DNA of 64,000 nt from the human T2T-CHM13v2.0 reference genome, Homo sapiens. The position numbers and the translations under genes are program-made. Location of the stretch: NCBI RefSeq assembly GCF_009914755.1, contig NC_060935.1; one strand, given 5' to 3'. Each line of letters opens with the position of its first letter. The stretch's first letter is position 1. Below the pieces are notes generated by a model, which was not told the origin of the DNA, searched no databases, and saw only the letters and a list, made by a program, of their open reading frames with translations. Below, one piece after another: positions 38,276 to 52,110 of the stretch.

Positions 38276-40399
38276 TGGAGTTCTTAATAAAGCATACAAG
38301 CCTTCTCTCTTTGAGGTGAGATATGTCATGTAGAAATAGGACTGAAGAACATCCTGTAAGAAAAATCTTTCCTCAGGAAAAAGCCATCTTTTGGCTCTTC
38401 GTAATTCTTACAAAAATGGGTAAGCATACATTTGTTGACAACTAGTCAGCCCTCTGGGAGTCTCTTCCTGCCGTCAGTAGTATCTATAAAGCTCTAATTT
38501 ATTAATAACCTACTAAGTGACGGGCACTATAGTGGAAGGCTTAAGTATCACTAGTCTCCAATTTGTAGAAAAGAAAGCAGACTTACAGGCTTTAGAAGAT
38601 CAACCCAAAATTTACAGCTAGCAGTGACCAGAGGACGGTATTCAGCACTGCAGTGGATTTTCATCTTGAGATCAGTCAATCAATTGCAGTCTTATGGCAA
38701 CCCCCCACAAGATACATCCACTTGTTTTCTTCACTCTTTTTTGGGGTGGGTTGTGACAGAAAAATTGATTTAAACAGACACTGTGTTATAAGAAAATTAA
38801 AGGGTCTTGGATTTACAACGAAAGCAAAAGGGTTTTAGCACAAACTATGCAACTTAAAACTCTTTGGGTTCAGTTTCCCCTTACTCTGAATGGAAGCAGT
38901 TCATGGGTCCTGCTTTTGTGCGACACATGCTTACTTTGTAATTGTTATGTGTGCCATGTTAGGAAACAAAGTGAAAGCCGAAGGTCTTTCAGAAAAGATT
39001 TTCTTTACATACAGCTTTATTCAGATGGCCAACAATAGTGTAGGAAAGGTTCCAGTTATTCCTCTGCATGTGGAATGGCATAAGAACATTCCACGCAGAA
39101 AAAAAACATATGTAAAAAGCCTGGAAGCATGAAAATCCTTGTTCTGTAGGTAAAGAAAGGGTTTGTTTTCTGTAATGGAACTTGAGGAAGGAGTAGAAAT
39201 CTGGCTGAAAACAAAAATAGTTTTCTCCCTCCCTACAGGGGCATGAGTTTAAAGCTGTGCAGTGTGTGTGTGTTTGGGAGTAGGCATCACAGGCTTTTAA
39301 GACTAGCATGGTCACATTGGTTTTAGAGTGATAATTCTGTGAACAAAATGGTAAATAAATTGGGAAGATGACGTATTTAATGCAGGGATTAGGAAGTGGG
39401 GAGTAAATATATGGGTTGAGTATTTTATAGATCTGTATAACTTGTACTGCCAACAATGAGCTTAGAGTTTGCTACTGCCAAAACATAATTAATAATGTGT
39501 TTGCTGCCTTTCAGAAAAGCATGTTATTAGTAAACTTCGGTAGGACATTTATTTTCTTTTTTACCTCCTGGGAGTATTTTTATCCTTCCTGATTTGTATT
39601 TCTCCCCGAATGTGGCTCAACCATTAGCATTGAACTTAGGAGGTAAAACATTGCACTTATATAATGAATTCACCCAGCATACCAGAACTGATGCATGGAG
39701 GGTTTTCATCTTTTTGAGCTAATTATGCCTTGCTAATAATATTTAATTTGTAGAAAATCTTTAATTTACAGAAGAAAAATTCATATTATTATTATGAAGA
39801 TTTAATCTCCTCACCTTTCTAGTCCACAAAGAATTTCATTCAGTGTATAAATTCTCTTTGCCACATATCAAGCATATCTGGTTACAGAAAAAAAATTAAG
39901 ATTTAACCATGAAATTGGACGGGGATTGGTAAAATCAATTTCTTTAATAATGTCACAGGAGGGTAAAAGTCTATCAGAGAAAAAAGAAGAAAGAGAAACT
40001 TAATTCAACAGTCAAACTAGCCATGATATTTTTAAAGCAATAAAGCTTATAAATGGGCAGTTGGTATTTAATTAAAATAAATGAAAGAGTTGTCTTAGTT
40101 CTTCATACCAGTGTAATACTATTCTTGTGGCAAGCATTTCTTTTTCTCATAAAGAGTCAATTTTACATCTTAGGTAAAGTATCCCTCAGAAATTAAATAC
40201 TAGAATTAAATTGCCATACTACAGTTTACCATTTAACACATTTTATCTGAGGACAATAAAATATTCTATACTTGTTCCATACCATCTCCATATGGCAAAA
40301 CAATATTTTATTATATTGAAATCAAGGCACGTGGGATAAAAATGGTGAGTCTAGCACTCAAGTCCTGCTTGTTGAGAATTACACTCGCCAGCTTCATCT

Positions 40400-40790
40400 T
40401 TCACTATTTTCCTCCCACCCTATGCTTCAGCCATTACAAACTATTTACTAGTGCAAAAGCATATTCACATTTGGTTTCATATCTTTGAACAAGCTGTTCC
40501 ACATTCCTGATTCTATCCTTGCTTTAGTCTTTTCCCTTGCTGAGCTAACTCCCACTTGAACTTTCAAGCTTTTATCAGCTATCAGCTGGGTTAGGTCCTC
40601 CATGTTACATTGAATGTGGCAATTATTGTTCAGCATTGCAATTCAGATCAGCTTGTTTCTCTCCCCTATCAGATCAAAAGATTCCTGAAGGTAGAGAAAA
40701 AAAAAACTCTTCATTATAACCATCTATTAATATAATTTTACTTCATAGTAAGAGTCAGTTGAACAAATAAATATATAGATAAGTAACAGA
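40400..40790 (+). mobile_element. L2 3' relic
   Basis: 'ctatgcttcagccattacaaacta...gatcaaaagattcctgaaggtagag...catagtaagagtcag'. Confidence 0.55.
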
Positions 40791-41029
40791 AAGTAATGGA
40801 CAAATCAATGGATGGCTAGATGGATGGGTGAATACTGACTTAGAAAGAATCATATAATTTTTAGCAACCTCATCTCACACATAACTTATGCTAACTACTG
40901 ACAAAATATCTAAATATACTTTATTACCAGTCTACCCAAGTGTGAACATTTGTACCTTGCTGAATTTAACATTTGCATTTTGTTGGTTAAATTGTACCTT
41001 GTTGGAATTAACAACTTTTTTCCCCTGGA

Positions 41030-41296
41030 CTAGTGATACTAAAATTTAATATGCACAGAGATCACTTGAGTAAAAATGTTAAACTTCACATTTGTGATCC
41101 CACTATTATAGATCCTAATTCAATTGATCTAAGAAAAGGCCAAGAAAACTTAACAGACTCATTATTAAACCCTTCTTAAGACTTGTTAATAAACAATAAA
41201 TTTATTTATAAACAGTTAATGAACATTTCAAAAGACTTCTTAATAAACACTTAAAGTAAATTTTGTAGAGGTGATCCATGAACAATATTTTCAAAA
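41030..41296. mobile_element. MER5-family hAT relic with an AT-rich insert
   Basis: 'aatatgcacagagatcacttgag...ctaattcaattgatcta...tgtagaggtgatccatgaacaatattt'. Confidence 0.5.
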
Positions 41297-41917
41297 GGAC
41301 TTTTCTGTATATCGTGCTAATTTTCTTATGTTATGCAATTATGATCTCATCTAAGTTTATTCCATCCTAAAATCTTATGATCATGTTCTCTATTTTCTCA
41401 TACAAGTTACTAATTCACTGATTCTACACAAGATAACTCAGGTTACGTCCCTGAAAACAGCCACAGAGCTGCTTCCACTACAAAAATAACATTAGATCAT
41501 CAACATAGATCATCATCAGTTACATTCAAGAGCTTGTCTTTAAATCCATCCCTTAATTCTCCAGTTCTTCACCAGTATATTTTGAGATACCATGTTAAAT
41601 TACAGTACTAACTTTATAAACTCTATTTTCGCTTCTTCTGTCTAATCAAACTATAACTTCATAGCAAAGAAAAAAAATGTGTTTGATGGACATGCTCTAT
41701 TTTCCATGAAAACATATAAGTTGAACTACTGTTTATTCTTTGAGGTAAGTATAAGCAACCATTTAAAAAATAGTTCTAGATTGTTCCTAAAGTCAAACAT
41801 GAAAGCATATTTTCTTCCCTCTCTTAAAAATATGTGTATGTCATGTAATCCTAACAACAACAGGACAAATCTTCAGTTTTAAATTCTTATCTAAACCTAA
41901 GATGAAAAGCACTAGTA

Positions 41918-42849
41918 GGGAGGGAAGAATGGTTTCTAGGGCCAGGGCCAAGGCTCCACAACCGTGCACAACCTCTAGACATAGGTTTCTGCATCCCAGC
42001 CACCCCTGCTTCAGCTGTGGCTAAAAGGGCCCCAGATACATTTTAGGACACTGATCCAGAAGGTGTAAGCCATAAACCTTGACAACTTCCACATGATGGT
42101 AAACCTGTGGGTGCACAGAAGGCAAGAGCTGTGGCTTGGAAGCCTCTGCCTAGATTTCAGAGGATGTATGAAGACACCTGGAGATCCAGGCAGTAGTCGC
42201 AGCAGGAATGGAGCCCTCATGGAGAACCTCTACTAGGACAATGCAGAGGGCAAATGTGGGGTTGGAGCTTCCACACAGGAGTCCCTACTGGAGCACTGCC
42301 TAGTGTAGCTGTGAGAAGAGGGCCACTGTTCTCTAGATCCCAGAATGGTAAATCTACCAACAGCTTGTACCGTGTGTTCGGAAAAGGCACAGGCACTCAA
42401 CACCAGCCCTTGTGTGTAGGCATGGGAGCTGAGCCCCAGGAGTGGAGCTGCCCAATGACTTGGGATCCCACCCCTTGCACCAGTGTGGCCTGGATGTGAG
42501 ACATGGAGTCAATGGAGATTATGTTGAGCTTTAAGATGTAATGACTGTCTTGCTAGATTTCAGATTTGCATGAAGCCTGTAGCCTTTTAGTTTTAGCTGA
42601 TTTCTCCCTTTTGAAACAGGTGTATTTATCCAAGTCCTGTGTCCCCATTGTATCTTGGAAGTAACTAACTTGTTTTTGGTTTTACAGGCTCATAGGCAGA
42701 AGGAACTTGCCTTGTCTCAGATGAGACTTTGGACTGTGGACTTTTGAGTTAATGTTGGAATGAGTTAAGACTTGGGGGACTGTTGAGAGAGATGACTGTA
42801 TTTTGCAATGTGAGAAGGACATGAGATTTGGGAGAGGCCAGGGGTGGAA
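41918..42849 (+). mobile_element. MST/THE1 MaLR internal region, 3' part only
   Basis: 'gcctctgcctagatttcagaggatgtatg', 'cttgccttgtctcagatgagactttggac', purine tract 'gggagaggccaggggtggaa'. Confidence 0.92.
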
Positions 42850-43271
42850 TAATATAGTTTGAATTTGTCTCCTCACCCAAATCTCATGTTGAATTGTAAT
42901 TCCCAGTGTTAGAGGAGGGGCCTGTTGGGAGGTGATTAGATCATGGGGGTAAACTTCCTTCACGCTGTTATCATGATAGTGAGTGTTTTCTCGTAAGAGC
43001 TGGTTGTTTAAAACAAAAAACAAAAAACAAACAAACAAACAAACAAAAAAAGTGTGTAACACCTCACGCTTCCCTCTCTCCCTCCTTCTCTGGCCATGTC
43101 AGACATGCCTGCTTTCCCTGCAACTTCCATTATGATTTTAAGTTTCCTGAGGCCTCCCCAGCCATGTTTCCTGTACAGACGGAAAAACTGTGAGTTAATT
43201 AAACCTCTTTTCTTCATAAATTACCCAGTCTCAGGTCATCCTTAACAGCAATGTGAGAGTGAACTAATACA
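42850..43271 (+). mobile_element. MSTA 3' LTR with internal (CAAA)n expansion
   Basis: 'cccaaatctcatgttgaattgtaattcccagtgtt...aaattacccagtctcagg...gaactaataca'. Confidence 0.88.
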
Positions 43272-43840
43272 CCATATTACCCAGCAATCCCACTTCTGGG
43301 TATGTATCCAAAGGAATTGAAATTGGTATGTCTAAGAGCTATGTGCATTCCCATGTTCATTTCAGCATTATTTGCAATAGCCATGATATGAAATCAACCT
43401 AAGTATCCATCAGTGGATAAATGGATGAAAAAAAATGTGGTTTATATCGGCAATGGAATATTATACAGCCTTACAAAAGAAGGAAATTTTGTCATTTGAA
43501 ACAGCATGGATGGAACTGGAGAACATTAAGTGAAATAAGCCAGGCACAGAAAGACAAATACTGTATGATCTCACTTATAGGTAGAATCTAAAAAAGTCTA
43601 TCTCATTGAAACAAGAGTAGAATGTCAGTTACCAGAGGCTGACAGGTTGAAGGGGAATGCAGAAAGAAAAGATGTTGATCAAAGAGTACAAAGTTTTAGT
43701 TAGACTAAAACTAGGAGACTAGTAGAATAGGTTTTAGTTATCTAGTGTACTAGGAGACTAGGTTTTAGTGATCTGTTGTACTAAATGGTGACCACAATTA
43801 ATCATAATATATTGTATATTTTTAAAATACTAAAATAATA
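43272..43840 (+). mobile_element. L1MA-class 3' region
   Basis: 'ccagcaatcccacttctgggtatgtatccaaagg...aaataagccaggcacagaaagacaaatac...gttgatcaaagagtacaaagtt'. Confidence 0.88.
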
Positions 43841-45375
43841 TATATAAATGTATTATTTAAATTTTAAGAAGTGGCTCAAATAATTTAAATAACTTATCAA
43901 ATTCAAGAAATAAATTTAAAACTGTGACCTGAAGTAGTCTAATTCCTGAGTGACTGTTCATTCTGCCATTCTGCCATACTATATCTCTGAGAAGCAAAAC
44001 GTATTATGCATGGTGAATCTAAGTCTAATAGATCTATGTCTAATGATAGTAGCCCCTGGGAGCCCTGGAAATTATTTGTATTAGTCCTATATGGACCAAA
44101 GGGAATCAAGTAATGATGAATCTGAAAAATGCTAGGCACTGCATATATGGTCTGTGGCAAATCAAGGCAAAAGTATTGCGTGTGTTCAGTGAGATAACAC
44201 ACTAAGTAACTGTTCACCACCTACCATGCATTGGATCTTGCACCTATCAACAATGACTTCACCATTGTAGAGATAAACATTAATAAGTAATTGTACTTCC
44301 CTCCAAGTTTATAAGCTACTAAAGAAGAGGGATAAGTAAACAAGATAGATTACCATGAGTACAAATATGGAGATAGGTAAAGAACCTTTAGAAAGTCTAG
44401 TGACAGATGCCAATCAGGTAAATCAGGGCAACTTTATGAAGAAGATAGTATATAAACACATTTGGGATGGTAATACAGCCCACTTCATTCAAGTCTCTAC
44501 CTTGTGAAGCTGTGGGGCTTTTTCTTTGGCATACCCTCTCATCAGGATTAAACCAAGGATTCAATTTCATTTTAATTGCTTTAAATCCCAGAAGACTAGG
44601 TAAATTGCAAATGAGGTTCCCAAGGTGAGAATGCTGTGCCAGTATTGGTTTCATGCTTAACTGAAGCAGATAAAAAACTCACTAATTAGCAAAGGCATAA
44701 AGAATAATTTAAGATTTCATTTAATTGAAAACTCATAACTTAGAACACAACAATTACTTTAATTAGACTATTCTTGTATTAACCTCTCTCCCACATGCCT
44801 AAAAATTCCATCAAGTTAGTTCAGCAAGCTTAGGGATTTGGTAAAGTTTTCTTCACTTGTCTTTGTGTAGATAACTGCATACTCAGTAGATGGACTCTAC
44901 AGGTTCTATCTTGAGTACCCATTGTAAAAATGGAGAGGGGAGAAACAGCTTAAGGAGACTTATATGAAAGTAAGAGGCTGATTTCAATTATTCAATCCAT
45001 ATTTTCTCTTCCCAAACTTTATATCCACAATCTGTCAACTCTAATAGTGGAGCGGAAAAGTTATCTGGACTCTAATTATTGTAAAACATGAAGATCGTTC
45101 CCAACAGAGGGACTACTCTTGGTCCATAAATCCTAGAAATATATATGAAGTTATCTCTAGTGACCTTTCGTGCAGTGATTGTGACTGCAGACCCAGTTCC
45201 AAAGATCAACAACTTCTATGTAACACACGTCACTAGAATTCTACTGTATACTTGGTGCCGATTTTTCTGTTCTTTACTATTTATTATTGTGTGTTTGTGT
45301 CTAAACATGAGTAGACTTGCACATTTGTGGGTGTGTGTTTGTGTGTTGGATTGTGAAAGAATTGGTTAAGGAGTC

Positions 45376-45786
45376 TGTATTAGTCTGTTTTATGATGCTT
45401 AAAATAGAACACCTGAAACTGGGTAATTTATAAAGAAAAATATATTTTTTTCTTACAGTCATGGAGGCTAAGAAATTCAAGGTTGGGGGGCTTCAGTTGA
45501 TGGAGACTCTGCAGAATCTTGACACAGCCCAAGGCAACACATGGCAAGGGACTGAATGTGCTAATATGCTAGCTCAGCTCTCCCTTCCTTTTCTTATAAA
45601 GCCAGTACCACTTTCACGAAACCCATTAATTAGTTAATCTATTAACCTACTAACCCATTAATCCGTTCATGAAGGTAGAGTCTTTATGATCCAATCACCT
45701 CTTAAAGGCCCCACTTCTTAATATTGCCACATCGGGACTAAATTTCAACATAAATTTTAGAAAGGACAAATAGTCAAATTATTGCA
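45376..45786 (-). mobile_element. MSTB2/MSTC-like MaLR solo LTR
   Basis: 'tgtattagtctgtttt...aaactgggtaatttataaaga...ccaatcacctcttaaaggcccc...attgca'. Confidence 0.85.
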
Positions 45787-46694
45787 GATTACTTTGTAAT
45801 TTTAAATGTATTATTAAGTTTAAGTTATGCTATATAATCCATATTACCAATTAATAGAACGGCATAATAAAAAACTTGAGAAGTGGAATAAAAAATACAA
45901 ATAGTCTTACCACCTGAACCCAATCCTGGTTTGACTTTTCTGATGTTTACTTTTACATAGTCAGAATCATATTTTATCCCTTTTTTCCTCACCATTATCT
46001 TATCACTTCGTAGCATAAACATATCTCTGTTGCTCCTACAGAACTTTGTGTCTTCCTTTTACTTTTGTGCTTTCTCCTGCTCTTGTTCTCACTCTCGCTC
46101 TCTTTCTTTCCTTCTTCAGACTTTTCCTTATCAATATCCACTTTCTTTGCCCACTCATTCTTCCTTGGTCTACTGTTATCTGGCTTTGACCTCACTTCTC
46201 TACTAAAATTGTTCTAAGGTCAAAAATGACTTCCTACCTTCATAGCTGCAGTGGATATTTTCAGTTCTTTTCTTTCATTTAATTTGTTTTGGGAATGTAA
46301 CAAGAGAGGGCATGAGTAAGCAAAATTTTGCGAGAATTAGGGAGTGCGGGGCAATGGAAGATGTTAGAAATCTGGAAATAAGATAGTTTAAATATTGCTA
46401 AGTGTGTGCTTTTCTGCATTGAAAGAGTTAGAGATACAACGAAAGAGTAAATGACCATGTGGATATGATAGAATAAATTTGGTCCATTCTTCATTCTTTT
46501 TCTTCATTTTTGTGGCTCAGATTGATGGCCACTGTGCTAATGCAGGCCCCATTAGCTTAATATTTTGACCATCATAACACCCTCTAACCAGTATCCAAGT
46601 CACCAGATAATTTCCTCACTAATCTAACCTCCACAGATATGCGATGACCTTTCATACCTGGAAAATGCTTAGTCATAAAATATAATAAGTATGG

Positions 46695-47011
46695 TAGCTG
46701 GGTGCAGTGGCTCACGCCTGTAATCCCAGCACTTTGGGAGGCTGAGGCAGGAGGATCGTTTGAGGTCCGGAGTTGGAGACTAACATGGCCAATATGGTGA
46801 AGCCCCATCTCTACCAAAAACACAAAAATTAGCCAGGTATGGTGGCACATGCCTGTAATCCCAGCTACTCTGGAGGCTGAGGCAGGAGAAAGGCCTCACC
46901 CTGGGAGTCAGAGGTTGCAGGTGAGCCTAGGTTGCACCACTGCATTCCAAACAGGGCAATAGAGCAAGACTGCATCTCAAAAAATAAATAGATAAATAAA
47001 TAAATAAATAA
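46695..47011 (+). mobile_element. Full-length AluS (Sx/Sz-like) with (TAAA)n tail
   Basis: Both arms, linker and tail read directly. Confidence 0.93.
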
Positions 47012-47269
47012 GGCTAAAGTTTCATCACTTTAACCCAACTGTGGTTTCAATTTTGTGATATTTAGTTTCACATAATTATATTTATATTATATACATTAGT
47101 TTTTGTCCTACTGTTATCTGTTGGTGTTAATATAAACATTTCACCATGCCTCCTGGGAATACAGGAAAAGGAAGGCTTTCCAGAGGACTTGTGCTAAATG
47201 AGTATTATTTCAATGTTGTCAGAAGTCCTTATTTTATGAACACAATAATTGTAAGTTACTGGGATTTAG

Positions 47270-47490
47270 TAGCAGCTAAGAGCACACACTGTGAATGAAG
47301 CCAGACTGACAAGATTCAAATCTTTGCTCGAACTTTAACATGTTTGGGACTTTGAACAAGTAGGTCTATGTTCCTGAGCCTCAGTATCTCTAATTGGAGA
47401 AGACATAATAATACATACATCTTAGTGTTATTGTGAGAATTCAACAACATATTACATGTAAATATTTCAGTGTTTGGCACACAGTGACAT
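47270..47490 (+). mobile_element. MIR
   Basis: 'aagccagactgacaagattcaaatc...ctgagcctcagtatctc...ttattgtgagaattcaa'. Confidence 0.75.
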
Positions 47491-47506
47491 AGGTAACATT
47501 ATATCT

Positions 47507-47553
47507 ATGTGTGTGTGTGTGTGTGTGTGTGCGCGTATGTATGTGTGTGTGTG
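47507..47553 (+). repeat. Imperfect (TG)n microsatellite
   Basis: Read directly. Confidence 0.95.
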
Positions 47554-50500
47554 AGGTAACATTATTGCATCAGGAAAGCAGGAGGAGGAAAACATAAGCA
47601 CACACATTGTTTTCCATGATTGTTTTATGGGTGGCCATTTCATGTACTGGGAAAAATAAGAACTAGATTTCAGAAAATCTCATGTCTAATCTAGCTCTAA
47701 CAATAGCCAACCCTGGGCACATCTTCCCAACTAGCTAATTAAAATAACAGTTGTATTCCATAGATTTCATGGACAAGGACACTGAGGTTTTAGAGAGACT
47801 CTTGACAAATGTTCCAAGAATGGGAAATAATATCGAGGACTGAAAGGCGATACCCTACAACAATGCTGCCTCTGTAAAATACATGTCCCGAATCGAGTGA
47901 TTTCCAAAATTCTTTGATGAGCTTCCATTACATGAACTGTAAACTAATAACTCTAAAAATAAGTAAATGAATGTGTATAGTTGACCTGCTCATTTAAAAT
48001 TTATTAATTAAAAATCATTTAACTCTTTTTTAAGGTATACATTGCCAACAACAAAGTAAAATTGTGTGTACTGGTTAAAAAAATAAAATACTATCTTATT
48101 CTTTATTTTGGGATTCATTTTCACCTTCCCTTTGTTAACACACTGCCAAAAGACATTTAAGGATTGTTCAATTTTTTTCTTCCTGCATGTTTGACTATGA
48201 TGGAAAATATATATTGAAAACTCCTTTACTGTCAAGAATTGCTCCAGTGTATTTAAAAGCTCTGCTAGTAACAATAGATGTCTTCAGGTCAAAATTACCT
48301 TTATCAAAATATTTTCTCCTTCTTTTATCCAAAAGTATGCTTTACAATAGCAGCACCACACCTACATTAAGTAAAAACTTCAGGAACTACAATTGAATAG
48401 CAGAATATGTTCGGTGCCAAAGTTCACACTTTCCAGAACCTTAGAAATGTCATCCACTCTTGCAGGTTTCAAAAAGTGTCTCTTTACTAGGAATATAACA
48501 AAGCTTCAAAGGTTATAGAGTCAGGCACCGGGCTTCTGTAATTGGCGGGTGGATGTCTTCTCACTCAAAATAGTCCCCAAAATAGAATAGAAATAAGCCA
48601 GATGGTCCTGACCAGAAGCTCAATGAGAAGGCTCATATATAAATAAGTCTCCAGTTATGAATTAGGAATAAAAATTATTTAATGTAGAAGTATCTTTATA
48701 GTCCTAGGAAGACCGTGAAAACTATAAACAACTTCAGAAATAATTTAAGTCAAATGTTTCTTTTTTAATCAAGGAAACTGAAGTCCAGAGAGGTTAATCA
48801 CTTGATGTCTTGCAAAGAGCTCAGGACTTTTGACTCTTACTGCAATTTAACTTAATATATGTTTTTCATAATATGCCACATAAAATGTAAAATGAACATC
48901 ATGCCAACCTACCAGAGATTGCTATTCCATTGATATCAGGCATATCATTTTACTTTTATTTTTAGTGGAACTAAAAGACAATTAATGAACTCCAGATGAA
49001 GTTGTTTAAAATGCATGCTCTGAAGTAAAAATGAAATGAGAGAAAGACTGTTAGTGACAACACAGAAAAAGTGTCATGTTATTGTATGAAATAATTAACT
49101 TATTTTCAAATTTAAATGCAAGTAAACAGCGTCTTTTTCTTCATACAGGTTTTAAAGTCCCCTTTTTGGTGCAGATAGTAAGGATGCATCCCCTAGAGAG
49201 AACTGATTTCAGATGGGGACCACAAATTACTTGAATCAGAGACCGAGAGCTATGGCATCCTGAGTTACAGCCAAATTTTGTAGATCATGTTACAAGAAAG
49301 CAATGCAAAGCTTCTGTAAAAACTATGTTACAAACAGTGTATATCAATACTGTACATGGAACACATATCTAGAAAAAGACAAACTGAGTAATAAAGTTTT
49401 CACAATGAGAATTTAGCAACTAACTACAAATCTGATGGAGTACAATAACAATAATATAAACAGGAGGAGTCATGTTGAACTAACTCAAATATTATTCCAC
49501 TGGCTAAACTGGCTACAAATTATTCCCAGCTTCTTAAATATTAGAAACCAGAGAATGATATTGGAATCCCTAGAGCCAACAAATATGATCAACATATGTT
49601 ACATAGATATGTATAGATATGTGTAAGTTTTGTGGGATTATATTTCAAACTTCTGGTTTAGTTATTTTTAAAAAGTATTATCTTCATTAATATCTGAAGT
49701 TGCAAATAACCACTTTATTGATGTTGTTAAAGGTATATGGATCTCAAGACTGTGTAATCCCTACTTGGCTGAGATTCTAGATTTCTATACAGAGATACAA
49801 GAAATACAGTTAAGGTGCCAGAACACCTCTAGTATACCTCAACATCTATATACACACATACAGACCGTTCCCTGACTTCCATCTGGGTGTGCTTCATATT
49901 ACCGTGAAATTACAAAATCAAAGACTGAGAAGTAGCCCACTCACCATTCTAAAATCAGTGGTACATGGCTGCTTAGCATCTTTTTGACAATTGAATAAAT
50001 CTAGCCTTGTTTTTCCCTGTCATATAATTAACGTTGGAAATAGGGTATGTTGAGTTTTATAGCTATATTACTAATTTTGGGGTTGATTTTTCAGTTTTCT
50101 TATAAACATTATCCCATGCCATGTGACTTATATTTTCTAAACAATCTTCTCTATTCAAATTCCTGAAGTTTTATTTGTATATCCAAATGTAATATTACTT
50201 GGCACATTTATCATTTATCTAGTTTATGTAAGAAATTTAATTTTATTTATCTTTTTTATAATCAAAGTGGTCATCCAAGTAATCAATAATTAAGATACAT
50301 TATTTTAGGTCATATAAAAATAAAAATTATTTATATGTGTATACATATATATATAAATATGTAATCATAGAGAACTTTATATGCTATAGAGATCCCTAAT
50401 TATCATAGAGTATGACCACTAACTCCTAGAGATGTGCCAGCTAGACAAAATACAAAATAAAAAATCTAATTTTCTCTCATTTTCTATCGAAGTTTTATGG

Positions 50501-50848
50501 AAAGATTAAGTGAGAAATTACATATTATTTCCATCGTCTACACAAACTCAATTAATTTTGATAAGAAACTTTGGCCAAGTGTCATAATTCATCTAGTCTT
50601 AGTAGGAAAAGTTGCATTTGAAAAAAAAATATGTATAACATGGTTGAAGAAAGAGCAAGTCAGCCCATATGCCTCAGGTAATTGCATCTAACTTAAAGAC
50701 AAATCATTATATGTTCAGCATTATGTTGGGTTAGGCATGAAATTTCTTGAAAATCACAAACCATGACTCCCATACCAATGGACCTTCTATTTTATAAAGT
50801 CCTATGTGCAAGAAGCAACTAAGACATATTGAGTTTCATGTAAGTAGA

Positions 50849-51022
50849 AACATTCCATTAGTTATTCTAAGTAATCTAGAGATAACTTAAAGTATACAGG
50901 AAGATGTGCATAGGTTACATAAAAATGCTATGTCATTTTAAATAAAGGACTTGAGTATCAGCAGATTTTGATATCGTTGGGTGTCCTGGAACTAATCTTT
51001 CAATGATACCAAGAAATGACTG
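50849..51022 (+). mobile_element. MER2 (Tigger family), one half only
   Basis: 'taagtaatctagagataacttaaagtatacaggaagatgtgcataggtta...ggacttgagtatc...gataccaagaaatgactg'. Confidence 0.85.
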
Positions 51023-52110
51023 TGTGTATGTGTTTATGTGTGTATATGTGTATATATCATGTTGTGTGTGTGTGTGTGTATATATATACGTATAAGTATA
51101 TATGTATATGTGTGCTGTGTATGTATATGTATGTATATGTGTGTTGTGTGTATATGTATGTATATATACATATATCTATATATGTGTTGTGTGTATATGT
51201 ATGTATATATACATACACCTATATATACATATGTATATATGTATGTATATATACATACACCTATATATACATATGTATATATGTATGTATATATACATAC
51301 ACCTATATATACATACGTATATATGTATGTATATATACATACACCTATATATACATACGTATATATGTATGTATATATACATACACCTATATATACATAC
51401 GTATATATGTATGTATATATACATATACCTATATATACATACGTATATATGTATGTATATATACATATACCTATATATACATACGTATATATGTATGTAT
51501 ATATACATATACCTATATATACATACGTATATATGTATGTATATATACATATACCTATATATACATATGTATATATGTATGTATATATACATATACCTAT
51601 ATATACATATGTATATATGTATGTATATATACATATACCTATATATACATATGTATATATGTATGTATATATATATCTATATATACATATGTATATATGT
51701 ATGTATATATACATATATCTATATATACATATGTATATATGTATGTATATATACATATATCTATATATACATATGTATATATGTATATATCTATATATAC
51801 ATATGTATATATGTATGTATATATACATATATCTATATATACATATGTATATATGTATATATCTATATATACATATGTATATATGTATGTATATATACAT
51901 ATATCTATATATACATATGTATATATACATATATCTATATATACATATGTATATATACATATATCTATGTATACATATGTATATATGTATGTTTACACAC
52001 AAGATATGATATATATAATGTATATATACATATACATCATGTATAGATATATATATGGCATGCATGTGTGTGTATACATATATATATAAATAAATATATA
52101 TGCACACACA
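51023..52110. repeat. TA/TG/CA-rich minisatellite with a 42-bp core unit
   Basis: 'acct' recurs every 42 bp from 51217 to 51637 (11 copies), followed by shorter 'atct' units. Confidence 0.97.

Noticed and set aside
38989-39456. 155-aa minus-strand ORF in unique DNA
   Set aside because: No recognisable domain, composition typical of AT-rich non-coding DNA, no convincing splice or start context.
46160-46680. Possible L2 with an internal inversion
   Set aside because: Too diverged to assign orientation of the middle piece by eye.
51197-51680. Regularly spaced repeats resembling a CRISPR array
   Set aside because: Head-to-tail units with no unique spacers, eukaryotic context, no cas genes.
51016-52107. 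Five overlapping ORFs of 152-357 aa (Y/I/C/M/V/H/T-rich)
   Set aside because: Alternating purine-pyrimidine repeats cannot form TAA/TAG/TGA, so frames stay open on both strands; artefact of the minisatellite.
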